DNA from: Stegostoma tigrinum
Taxonomy: Eukaryota
Length of the DNA stretch: 64,000 bases
Assembly: GCF_030684315.1 (NCBI RefSeq)
Contig: NC_081356.1
Span: 8,072,362-8,136,361 of the forward strand
Direction of reading: 5' to 3'
Positions within the stretch are counted from its first letter, which is position 1. Each line of letters starts with the position of its first letter. The notes under the pieces are model-generated. The model ran no database searches. It was not told where the DNA came from and saw only the letters and a program-made list of their open reading frames with translations. This document shows positions 25,940 to 37,442 of the stretch, piece after piece. Position numbers and translations under genes: made by a program.

Positions 25940-27110
25940 CTTTATTTCTCGGGAGGCCCCATTAGATTGGAAGATAACAAAGAACTACAGGTTAGATAGG
26001 TTGATATCTGTCATTGTGAAAATGTTCAAAGCTGTTACTAATGAAGTTGTTGCAGGGCAATTAGATATTTTCAAGGTATATAGGCAGATACACCATGTTT
26101 ATTTGAAAGAAAAATAATGTTTGACCAATCTTGGTGTTCTTTGAGGAAGTGTAACACTTAATATGGATAGAAGGGTGCAGGTGGATGTAGTGCACTTAGA
26201 TTCCAAGAAAGCATCTAATAAAGTGACACATCAAAGGTTACTGCAATAATAAAAGTTCATTATATGAAGGTAGCATACTAGTATGGATAGAAGTTTGGCT
26301 GGCCAACAGTAAACTGATACATGGGTCTCTCTCTAAGGATGGTAAGATATAGCAAACAGTGTGTCACAGGAATCAGTGCTGGAACCTTGACTGTTTACAA
26401 TTTAAAAAGCAATTACTTTAAGTGACTTAAATGAAGGGATAAAACTTATAGTTGCTAAATTTGCTTACAACATATAGATAGGCAAAAATGTTAGTTGTGA
26501 AGAGGAAGCAAAAAGGCAAAATAAAAAATAGATAGGTTAAATTACTGGGCAAAGATATGGCAAATGGAGCATAATGTAGGGTTGTCTATTCTGGCAGGAA
26601 GATTAAAAAAAATATATATTATCTAAGTGGTGAGAGATTGCAGAGCTGAGATATGGAGGGATCTAGGTGTGCTCTTGCAAGAATCACAAAGAGTTAGTAT
26701 GTAAATGCAGCAAGTAATCAGGAAAAATAATAGAATATTATCATATATCACAAGAGGAATTGATATAAAAATGAAGAATTTAAGTTTACACATTGTAGGG
26801 CACTTGGGAGACTGCATCTGGAGTATTGTGCACAATATTGATGATCTTATTTAAAGAAGGATGTAAATTCATGGAGGCAGTTCAGAGAAGTTTTATTCAA
26901 CTAGTAGCTGGAGTGGGTGTGTTGTCTTACAAAGAAAGTTGGACAGACCGTGCTTGTATCCGCTAGAGTTTAGAAGAGCTAAGAGGCCACTTGATTGAAT
27001 CATATAATGTCACAAGTGATCTTCCCAGGAAGATGAGGAGTGGATATTTTCTGTTAGGTGAGAATTATAGAACTAGAGGGCAATGTTTAAAAATCAGTGG
27101 TCACCCACTC
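25940..27110 (+). mobile_element. Degraded CR1 LINE ORF2
   Basis: RT-region motifs gtggatgtagtgcacttagattcc (VDVVHLD), gtgtcacaggaatcagtgctgg, gctaaatttgct, gatctaggtgtgct; many stop codons. Confidence 0.8.
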
Positions 27111-27244
27111 CTTTAGCCTCTAGATGCCACAATGTTCAGCACTATTCTTGTCAGCTAATATAGTGAAGCAAAAATGTTTATATACATCAAGTTCTGGATG
27201 ATATTCAGACTTGAGTTACTCAAAGGCAAGTAACATTTGTGCCA

Positions 27245-27584
27245 GAGATAATGGGAACTGCAGATGCTGGAGAATCCAAGATAACAAAGTGTGGAGCTGG
27301 ATGAACACAGCAGGCCAAGCAGCATCTTAGGACCACAAAAGCTGACGTTTCGGGCCAAGGCCCTTCATCAGAAAAGGGGGATGGGGAGACGATTCTGAAA
27401 TAAATAGGGAGAGAGGGGGAGACAGACCGAAGGTGGATAGAGGAGAAGATAGGTGCAGAGGCGGAGGTGGCTGAAAATCTGCTCGATGTCCAGTGTATGT
27501 GGCTGTGGTACCTGGTTTGCTTCAGGACGTGGTCGAGCAGTTTCAAGGCTGAAGAGACCACACGAGAGTTGCAGTGGGAGAGAG
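27245..27584 (-). mobile_element. Internally deleted PLE (family A terminal repeat plus ORF N-terminal pieces)
   Basis: Family A repeat 27245-27371; purine-rich UTR to ~27455 (shared with the 54623-54942 copy); then coding-like SLSHCNSRVVSSALKLLDHVLKQTRYHSHI and LDIEQIFSHLRL; TSD atttgtgcca at 27235-27244 and 27585-27594. Confidence 0.85.
27344..27371 (-). ncRNA. Minimal hammerhead ribozyme core (predicted)
   Basis: CUGAUGA-A-GGGC CUUG GCCC-GAAA-CG-UC; intact core with a stem II variant. Confidence 0.75.
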
Positions 27585-27594
27585 ATTTGTGCCA

Positions 27595-28320
27595 CACAAG
27601 TGCCTGGTAATGTTCATCTGCAAAAAAAGGGAGAATCTAATCATCACTCCTTGACATTCAATAGTATTACATTTAATCCTCTACTGTCGACATCTTATAA
27701 TTTACCAGTGACCAGAAAGTGAACTGGATCAGCCATATGAATACTATGGCTAAAAAACAAATCTGAGGCTAGGAATTCTGCAGCAGGTGTCTTACGTTCT
27801 GTCTCCCCAAAAGCCTTTCCAATATCTACCAGGTACAAATCAGGATGTGATGGAATATTCCCACTTATTTGGATGAGTGTAGTTCCTCCAATAATCAAGA
27901 ATATTTGTCCAGGACAACACAAGCCACTTTATTGTTCCCTCATCTAGACCATTGTTCAATATTTACTCACTTTACCACTGAAAGCACAGCCACAGCAGTG
28001 TACACCATCCACAAGATGCACTCATGACTTAACTCATTGAGACTTCTCTGACAGCTCCTTTCAAACTCATGACCTCTATCGGCTAGAAGCAAGGGCTGTA
28101 TATGGATAGGAGTGCCACCAGTTGCAAGTCCCTTCAAGCCATGCACCATTTCCTTTCCTTCAGTGTCACTCCCAAACAGCATTGTGAGAGTACCTGCACG
28201 AAAGGGGCTAGAGCAGTTCAAGAAGGCAGCTCACCACAATCTTCTCAGAAGCAATTAGCAATAAACATAATGCTGGCCCAGTCGATAAAGCCCACAACCT
28301 ATGATTGTATGAAAAAAAAA
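27595..28320 (+). mobile_element. LINE (CR1/L2 group) 3' portion with A-rich tail
   Basis: Homologous to the reverse copy at 32950-33860 (caggatgtgatggaata, tacaccatccacaagatgcac, gcagttcaagaa); ends tgtatgaaaaaaaaa. Confidence 0.7.
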
Positions 28321-29784
28321 CTGATCTAGCACAACTAACTTCCAATATTTTTCAATGTCATCAATGTCAAACCATTGTAAAGTGTGAATAAATTGAAAAG
28401 TAAAGATATCTTCCACAGATTTCCTGTGCCATGTATTTTCATTTGTTTTTGACATAGATTACATTTGTAGGCAAGCTGGGCTACATAGAGGGCCTCCTCA
28501 GCTATCTTGAAATTCCGTTTGAGATGACTTTGTGTGCTGGCCTTTCACTATTTTACTGTAATATCAATCATTTGTCTCCTACACAGCAAAGGAAATTAAC
28601 TGGGCTTTCATCTCATTGCCCCCCTGGGGAGAATTGCTACAGTGCAATGCCCGTTATATTTTTCTGCTTCTCCCAGTCACTATGCAATAGTAATTATTTG
28701 TGTCAACTTTTGAAAAAAAATACTTTGGCACAATACAGTGCTGCATAAATACATGTATTACTTTTGCATTTTGCTACGAGACTGTGTTGCTCCATGGTAG
28801 CACTGAGTTATAAGGGGATGGCTCCAGGGCTAACTCCAGACATTTTATTGGCTGAAAAGTGCTTTGGGCCAGAATGATATTATGAAAAGAAAATGTTTTA
28901 TTAATACATTTTTTCTTTCAATACAAGTTTGCAATGATTGATTGAGAAAGTTGACCTTCTGTACATGATTCTGTGCAATTATCATTTAATCCTCTAACAT
29001 GCCATCAGAGCAGTAACATGCTAATTTTGTTGGAACAGATTTAAGTATCACCAGGCAGATTGTTAACACTTCCCACTGGCCTGTCTGAAAGTGGGATGAT
29101 GGAGTGGGGGAATACTGTGAAGTTGTCAAAGTGGGCTTTACACAGTTCCCCACTCTCCCTCAATTTTGAGGCTACCTGGAAAATTCCAGGGGTCTCATGA
29201 TAAACTTTGATGGTGACCCTGGATTTTAGGTGGGAAATTTGAGATGGGCCAAAGCCCTCCACGATTACCTTTACATTTTGGCACCCCCTTTCTGAAGGTC
29301 TGCCCCCATCGGTGATTTCTGCAGAATTGGCTTCTCTACCCTTCTCTCCCCATCAGCCCTCTTTCCTGGGCTCGTCTCCTCTCCCCACAATCAGAAGCCC
29401 ACTTCTCATCACAGTTTATCTGATCCTGAACTCTGCGACTTTGAGCCTGGGGGGGGTGGCTGTTTGTATTTCCAGCCCAGCCATTGGTGCTGTTAGCATT
29501 GCTGAAACTCGAGATTGGCCAGCAGCTACTTCAGCTGGATTTTCGCTCAAGTAAAGGGTATCAAAACCATCTCCAGTTATTGAAGCTCCTGTCAATACTA
29601 AATGGGTGCAACTCTGCCAATATCACGACCGAGTCTTGGCGAGGGGAAACCCCAAATTCTAAAATTCCTGCCTATTGTTGTTCACGTGTGAGAAAACACC
29701 TTGTGAAATTTAGAATTGTGACTTTGGAAAAGTAATTTAGTGATAATGTTAGTGGATTAGTAATCCAGATGGTACATCGGGAGG

Positions 29785-30103
29785 TTAAAATAGTATCAGA
29801 GATAATGGGAACTGCAGATGCCGGAGAATTCCAAGACAACAAAATGTGAGGCTGGATGAACACAGCAGGCCAAGCAGCACCCCAGGAGCACAAAAGCTGA
29901 CGTCTCGGGCCCAGACCCTTCATCAGATGAAGGGTCTGGGCCCAAGACGTCAGCTTTTGTGCTAAAGTCTGATGAAGGGTCTGGGCCCGAGATGTCAGCT
30001 TTTGTGCACTCTGATGAAGGGTCTGGGCCCGAGACGTCAGCTTTTGTGCTCCTGGGGTGCTGCTTGGCCTGCTGTGTTCATCCAGCCTCACATTTTGTTG
30101 TCT
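29785..30103. mobile_element. PLE terminal-repeat (family A, young) fold-back with triplicated hammerhead core and A-to-G changes
   Basis: Long arm 29796-29924, hinge 29925, three tandem core units 29926-30049, short arm to ~30106; TSD tggtacatcgggagg at 29770-29784 and 30104-30118. Confidence 0.95.
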
Positions 30104-30379
30104 TGGTACATCGGGAGGCATGCATTCAAATCTCATGAGGATAGCTGGGGAGTTTTAAATTCAATTCAATAGTAAATCTGGAAGGAAATACAACAACTTT
30201 ACCTGGTATTGCTTATATGTGAGTCCAGACCCACACTCCTATAATGAACTCTTAACTATCCTCTTAAGTGGTTTAGCAGGTTACCAGGTTGGAACAAATC
30301 ACTGCAAAAAAGTTGAATAAGAATAAAACCAAACTCAACACCCAGAATTAACCTATTATCAGAATATGACATAGAAACA

Positions 30380-30479
30380 AGCTTTTGTGCTCCTAAGGTG
30401 CTGCTTGTCCTGCTGTGTTCATCCAGCCCCACACTTCATTATCTCGGATTCTCCAGCATCTGCAGTTCCCATTATCACT
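30380..30479 (+). mobile_element. PLE terminal-repeat (family A) single copy starting at the predicted ribozyme cleavage site
   Basis: Begins agcttttgtgctcc, i.e. directly after GUC^, and ends cccattatcact. Confidence 0.85.
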
Positions 30480-30825
30480 GCTGTATGCATGCCTGGGAGA
30501 GTCTCAAAGGATTAATACTTGACTGAAAACAACAAGCATCACCGACTGAAATGATACTGCGAAGACTTGGTGAGACTGAAAAGAAATAGCACATGGAAGA
30601 TAGACCCATGGCTAGGTCATCCCATCAATCTTGTAGTGGTACAGTTCTGCTTTTTATAGCACATAAAAAAGCTACACTGTTAAAAAAAGACCTCAGAAAT
30701 TCAATGAGTGGTTCAGGGGCATCACACTTATTGTTGAATGTATGCTTCGGTGAGTTACTGTCAACTTGTAGAAATGGCAAAAGTAGGCATTGTTTCTGTA
30801 TTCATCAAAACAGCAGAGTGCTGTT

Positions 30826-31181
30826 TAGAGCTGGAGGAACACAACAGGCCAGACAGAATCAGAGGAGCTGGAAAATTGATGTTTTGGGTCGGGACCCTTC
30901 TTCAGAAAATGGTTCTGTCTTCTGTGAGATGCTTCCTTTCAGTCTCACCAAGGCCTCGTGGTGTCATTACAGTAAGTGATGCTAATTGTTCTCAATCAAA
31001 TATTAATCCTTTGAGACACTTCCAGACTTGTATACAACAGTGCTTCTTTGACATTTTCTGAAGAAGGGTCCCGGCCCGAAATGTCAACTTTCCTGCTCCT
31101 CTGATGCTCCCTGGCCCACTGTGCTCCTCCAGCTCCACACTGTGTTATCTCTGACTCCAGAATCTGCAGTTCCTGCTATCT
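30826..31181. mobile_element. PLE terminal-repeat (family A) fold-back with 140-bp unrelated spacer
   Basis: Arms 30826-30911 and 31052-31181; core ctgaagaagggtcccggcccgaaatgtc at 31058-31085; imperfect TSD cagagtgctgttt (30814-30826) / cagagtactgctt (31182-31194). Confidence 0.9.
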
Positions 31182-32071
31182 CAGAGTACTGCTTGGGCAA
31201 GATTACTGAAGTCTAATGGTATTATATGAATTGTGTTAATCTTATACAAATCATGGGAGAAATCCACCTACGTCCACACTTGATGATAGTTCAGTTAAAC
31301 CATCCAAAAGCAGAGTTTTCACAAAACTCAACACAAGTAGTCATTCTGGAGAGTGCTATTGGCTGACCAGTCAACAATTACTTACCACATTTATAATCAC
31401 TTTGGACGATTTTGACTTAACAGTATTTTTTTGGGATTTGCACCTGCCCCAGAGATTTTCTAATGAGTTATGCCAAACCATTTGCAAGGTCTTTGCTAAG
31501 TCATATGCCATGCTCATGACATACTAATCTATTGGGCAATGTTTGAACAGCCGGCAGATTCATTCATTCATGAGTGGAGAACCCCACACATCACATCAGC
31601 GTGAATTCTCCAGAGAATCTATCTTTTTTGGCACACCGTGTTAACAGTGAAGGAATAACAGCTGGTCCTCAGAAGACTAATCTCATTACTGTATCATCCA
31701 CTTCAAGATTAGACCAGAAGCTTCAAAGGCTCTTTAGTATGGTGAATCTTTAACAAGATTTTTGCCTAACCAGTCAACTATTGCTGAAACTCCTTGAAGA
31801 CACAAAAATGGGATTGAAACCCTCATGAAGAAAATGTTTTTCGGAATGCTGAAGAAATGTTGATGTCCACATATGTCTTAGCACATTGTAATCCATCATT
31901 TCCAAGTCTTATAAAGTTGTTTCTATTGACCAGATACATAAATGCCCCAACCACATAAATACTTTGGCCTCAATGCAAGTCAGATACTGGGAATACTTTA
32001 ATGAGTAACTCATTTCCTGACAGCACAAAACCTGTTCACCACCTACAAAGACCAAGTCTGGAGTGTAATAA

Positions 32072-32262
32072 CGTCTGTGGAGAGACAGCAGAGTTATTGT
32101 TTCTGGCCTAGTGACGCTTCTTCAGGTCCTTTTTCTGGGTCACTGGACCCGAAACATTAACTCTGATTTCTGTCCACAGATGTTGTCAGACCTGCTGAAA
32201 CTTTCTAGCAAATTCTGTCTTTGTTTCAAATTTCCAGCATCCACAATTGTCTGTTTTGTTCC
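32072..32262. mobile_element. PLE terminal-repeat (family B) fold-back inside an old LINE
   Basis: Inverted arms around gggtcactggacccgaaacatt; TSD gagtgtaata (32061-32070) / gagtataata (32264-32273). Confidence 0.85.
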
Positions 32263-32949
32263 CGAGTATAATATTTTTACTCGTTAGACGAGTACAAATC
32301 CAGCAATGCTGTTGAGAAGATCTACGTACCAGTGTAAGATAATGCATGTTTTAGAACAATAAAGTTGTTGGAGTTGAAATGTTAGACATAAGACAAGTGG
32401 AAAACTAATCTGTGTTTCTTTTACAAGATCACTTTAGGAAGTGTGTAAGTTTAAACAATAGCTGATCCAGCTTTGGGCCTCTTACTGTAACCAGGAAGCT
32501 TGGAGAAAGAGCAATTATATCCATTAGCTCATACATTTTTCATGAGGGTGGCGAAATCAAAGTGTGGAATCTTGACAATGGTGCATCATTCCAAACAATG
32601 GAATTGAAAGCACGTACCACTTCTGCTCTTTTGGTTTGTACCAATTCCCACATGACTACAATTAAAATTTAATGCATTGGTGGTTTGCAGGAGAAAGTTG
32701 TGCAGTTCCACATTGGGAGATGTTTTCCGTCATTGAAACCTACTGTCAGCTAACAATACTGCAAGTGTGGCTGGATTTGTAAAAGTGTTCCGGTCAAATA
32801 GGCAGGTTCTGTGTCCGGAACAATGCTATTCCACTTGACTCCATGGTCGTTAATATAAGACATATTTGAGACCACAAAGGTAGTAGATGTTTACAAATTT
32901 AAATCTCACTTGTAAATAATTCACATTACATTGATCTTATTATATTCAC

Positions 32950-33860
32950 GCGTGCATCATTTTTTTCAGTTACAAGCTGCGTGTGCCACTGTCTGGGTCA
33001 GAGTTAGTTGCCTTAGAAAAGGTAGTGATGAGTTACTTTCTTGAACTGCAGCAGTCCATTTGGTACAGGTAATGTAGAATGACCCAGCAACACTGAAGGA
33101 AGAATGATATATTGATGAGTCACTGGATGGGGGTGGGGGGTTTGGAATTGGCAGTTGATAATGTTCCATGTTTATGCTGCTTTTTTTCTTTCTTGATGGT
33201 AATGGTCATGGGGCTGGAAGATGCAATCTGAAGATTTCTGGTGAATTTCTGCAGTGCATCTTATAGATAGTACACATACTGCTGCTGAATGTCAGTGGTG
33301 GAAGGAATGAATGTTTGTGGATGTGATGCCAGCCAAGCTTGCTGCTTTGTTCTGGATAGTGTTGACTTTCTTGCGTGTTGTTGGTAGTGCACACATCCCC
33401 AGGCAAATGGGGAGCATTCCATCACACTCCTCACTTGTGCGTTGTAGTTGGTGAACAGGCTTTAGGAAATCAGAAGGTGAGTTACTTGCTGCAAGATTCT
33501 TACCCCTGACCTTTGTACACACAATTCATATATGTTGGACCAGTTGAGTTTCTAGTCAATGGAAACCCCCAGGATATTGATGGTGAAGGATTCAGTGATG
33601 TTAATGCTATTGAATATTAAGGGGTGATTATTAGTTCCTCTCTTGTTGGAGATGGTCATTGCCTGGAACTTGTATGGTGTAAATGGTACTTGTGACTTGT
33701 CAGCCCAATTCGAGGTACTGTCTGCATCTTGTTGCATTTAGGTATGGGCTAGTTCAGTATGTGAGGAGTCATGAAGCAGTGGCACTGAACACCACATAAT
33801 CATACATAGGCATCCCACACCTGACTGAATGATGAAGACGACATCATTGATGAAGCAACG
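32950..33860 (-). mobile_element. LINE (CR1/L2 group) 3' portion
   Basis: Peptides MQQDADSTSNWADKSQVPFTPYKFQAMTISNKR and INILGVSID; reverse homolog of 27595-28320. Confidence 0.75.
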
Positions 33861-34782
33861 TTTAGTGACACTAACTTAACCAGTAAACCAAATGTGAGAC
33901 ATACCTCATAGATGCTACACATTGATGGTTATGGGGACATTCTCTTTATTGTTTATGAATAATTTTGTGTTTTTTGGTTCTGCATATGTTCAGTGCCATT
34001 CCTGCCATTCTGTGGTACATAGACTTGCAGGCTCAGTTGCTCCATTCTTCAATTCATCCAAAGATACATAATTCGTGATCCTTCTCAGCAAAGATACTTG
34101 AAATATTTTTGGTGAACTCAATGGCCTGTAAGAGCTTTGTCAGCCAATATCCCATATTGGACCCTCATTTGGATAGCACTGACTCTGCATTTTAGGTCCC
34201 TTAGTTTCTTTCCTTGATTGAATGTCCCCGCCAGCTTTATACCACATCCTGGATGCCTGGGCTATTCCTACTTCATTCTTCTATACCTTAGTCTCCACCC
34301 TCTGTCTCCCCATGGATCTTTCTACTATTCATATGCTCCTAATACTAGTCTCCATTTCTATCCCTCACCATTGACTTACACTTTTTAAAGCCAAATTTCC
34401 ATTCTGACATTTTTGAACTAGTGTTCAAAAGATTTGCATGCCTCATTGACTATCTTGGAGCAGGAAGTTATTTTCAAATATTTCATGCTTATGAGTGGTA
34501 TTTATAAAATGCAAATAAATCATACATATAAAATCATCACAGAAAGGCATAAGTTTGGACATATCATAAACACACTGCACACTTTATCTCTGCCTCTAGA
34601 TCTGCCATTGGGAAGTCAACATTTCTCATCCTGCCTAATTCAGACATCCTGCACAATGTATTTCCCACTTTTGTGGGCTGCATAAGCACAGTCCTCCAAA
34701 AGAATTGCGCTGAGGGTAAAACATAAGATTGTATTCACTAACACCCAACAAGATGCCCTTTAGCAGGAATATCTTCTCCAAG

Positions 34783-35105
34783 AGGCGCACAATGGCTCAC
34801 ATCACCAGGACCCAGGTTTGATTCCACCCTCGAGCGACTGTCTATGTGGAGTTTGCACATTCTCCCTGTGTCTGCATGGGTTTTATTTGTGTGCTCCAGT
34901 TTCCTTCCACAGTCCATGATGTGCAGGTTAGAGTGGATTGGCCGTGCTAAATTGGCCACAATGTCCAGGGATGTGCAGGCTGGGTGGGTTAGCCATGGGG
35001 AATGCAGACTTACAAGGATAGGGTGGGGAGGATGCTCTTTGGAGGGGCAGTGTAGACTCGATGGGCCAAAAGGCCTGCATCCACACTCTAGGGATTCTAT
35101 GATGA
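34783..35105 (+). mobile_element. HE1-like V-SINE
   Basis: tRNA-like head (ggtttgattcc), V-domain tgtggagtttgcacattctccc...ccagtttccttccacagtcc, CR1-type tail ending gattctatgat. Confidence 0.9.
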
Positions 35106-35496
35106 TTTCTATTCTCAGGTATAAATTTAAACAAAGAGTGACAAATGATGAATAGTGAAAGAAAAGAGCTCAGTTAACAAAATTGAAATGTTAAACTAAG
35201 AATTATTGTTTTAATTTGTAAAAGATCAGCTTGATACTGTGTATGCACATTTGGAAATAATTGGTAGTGAGCACGTGCAGTCCCAATTTGTCACTGGATT
35301 GTTGGAATCATCAAACATATCGAAAGCATAATTGGTTTTCATTTTTACTTTGGAGCATTCCAAAGCACGCCGTGTTGCCATAGAGATGGGTGATGTGAGT
35401 TAGAATGTTCATATGCTTAACTTAACTGAGAATTTCTTCTTGGGATCAAACAGAGGAAGCTGCATATTTGGTCCTGTGTAATCCACAACTCCCTGA

Positions 35497-35590
35497 GAAG
35501 GAGGAAGGCTCACTGAACTCAAAACGTGAACTCTGTTTTCTCTCCACAGAAGCTGCCAGATGTGCAGAGTTTCTCTAACAATTTGTTAGT
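35497..35590 (+). mobile_element. PLE terminal-repeat (family B) degraded single copy
   Basis: ggaaggctcactgaactcaaaacgtgaactctgttttctctccacagaagctgccaga. Confidence 0.65.
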
Positions 35591-35766
35591 TTTTTTAAAA
35601 AAACATATTAGTCAGGTCTACCTTTAAGCAGAAAAATGTTACTGTTATTGATTAAGGTGCATAATGAGATGGGGGCTTGTGTTCAGTTTGGAATTTGAGG
35701 GTGTGGGGAAAGATTTTTGAAAGTTTTGCCTGATTGAAGATCGAGGAGAAACTTGACAATTGTCCA

Positions 35767-36015
35767 TATAGAAACATAAAAACATAGAAGATAGGAGCAG
35801 TAGGAGGCCATTTGGCCCTTCCTGTGGTGAAGACATGTCACCTCATCCCTGTCCTAAATGGTTTACCCCAAATCCTCAGGCTGTGACCCCTGGTTCTGGA
35901 TACACCCACTATCGGGATCATCCTCCCTGCATCTACCCTGTCTAGTTCTGTTAGAATTTTTTTAAGTCCCTGTGTGATCCCCCCTCATTCGTCTGAACTC
36001 CAGTGAAAACAACCC
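35767..36015 (-). mobile_element. CR1 3' end fragment
   Basis: Reverse tail catagaaacataaaaacatagaag; homologous to the + strand copy at 54943-55273. Confidence 0.8.
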
Positions 36016-36032
36016 TATCCCAGTCACATAGA

Positions 36033-36216
36033 TTTAGAAATAGTGAGAACGGCTGATGCTGGAGAATCTGACACAGCAAGGTGTGGAGCTGGATGAACAC
36101 AACAGGCCAAGCTGCATCAGAGGAGCAGGAAAGCTGACGTTTCGGGTCTGGACCCTTCTTCACAAGTTCCTCTGATGCTGCTTAGCCTGCTGTGTTCATC
36201 CAGCTCTACACCTTGT
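36033..36216. mobile_element. PLE terminal-repeat (family A) fold-back
   Basis: Long arm to ~36162 and short inverted arm; 17-bp TSD tatcccagtcacataga at 36016-36032 and 36217-36233. Confidence 0.9.
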
Positions 36217-37442
36217 TATCCCAGTCACATAGAATCTTGTTACAGTAATGAACCAGGAGTTTATTTTTGGAAGGTTTTGAGAAGGCAGCTGGATAACTGC
36301 TGCAGTGAGACAAATAGCTGAGATTAGCACATCTGTGAGGTCTTTTAGGAAAAATTGGAGGGTCACTTGCGAGATTCGTAGAACGATAGTACATTGGAGA
36401 AAGCTGGAATGCTGAGAAGAATTCAAGTAAATTCCAGAGCCATGTAGCCTACTTTTTCAATGGTCCCTAAAGAAATGAATGAATCTTTAAAATTCTTAGA
36501 TTATGTAATGAAACTGGGGGAGGAGGGAAAGTAAAAAAAGTTTAGTCAGTTCACAGCCTAAGTAGTTATAAGCTAAACTGTCAAGTTAAGAGTTTATTCT
36601 GCTTAAATGTTTTTTTTGTCAAAATTATTTTTATCTACAAAGGTCCAATGGCATAGATCTATCAATTAATCAGAAGATCGTGATGTATTCGAGCCAAGGT
36701 AGGTCATTTGGCCCGTCGGGTCTGCCCCACCATTTGATCATGGCTGATATGTTTTTCAACCTCATTGTCCTGCCTTTTCCCTGTATCCCTCGATCACCAT
36801 ATTAAACAAGAACCTATCCATCGCTGTCTTAAATACTCTGTATCCCTGGGTCCCTGCAGTTTTCTGCAGCAATGAGTTCCGCAGATTAATTACCCTTTGG
36901 CTGAAGAAATTCCTGTTCATCTCAATTCTAAAGGGCCGTTCCTTCACTCTGAAGCTGTGCCCTTGGCTCCTAGTCTGCCCACCTAGTAGAAGTGCCTTCT
37001 CCATGTTCACTGCCTCAAAGCGTCTCAGTATTCTGTAATCTTCAATGAGATCCCCCTCATCCTTCTAAAGTCCATCAAGTACAGAGCCAGATTCCTCAAC
37101 TGCTCCTCATATGACAAGCCCTTCATTCCCAGGATCATTCCTATAAACTTCCTCTGGATATTCTCCAATGCCAGTACATCCTTCCTTAGATACAGGGCCC
37201 AAACTGCTCATAATATTCCAAATGCAGCCTGACCAGAGCATTGTACACTCTCAGTGGTACATTCCTGCTCTTGTATTCTAGCCCTTTTGAAATGAAAGCT
37301 GACAATGCATTTGCATTTCTAACTGTCAACTGACCCTACATGTTAATCTTAAGAGAATCCTGAACTAGGACTCCCAAGTACTTTTGCTCTGCAGATTTCC
37401 GAGACCTTTCACCCGTGGAAAATATTCTATTCTTTCTACCAA

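Noticed and set aside
29672-30172. 154-aa repeat-containing ORF, or a CRISPR-like array
   Set aside because: The repeats are tandem copies of the hammerhead core with 3-6 nt linkers and no unique spacers; eukaryotic context with no cas genes.
32544-32666. WD40-like peptide EGGEIKVWNLDNG as a host exon
   Set aside because: Short match with no convincing splice acceptor, an in-frame stop soon after and no neighbouring exons; likely chance or a decayed repeat.
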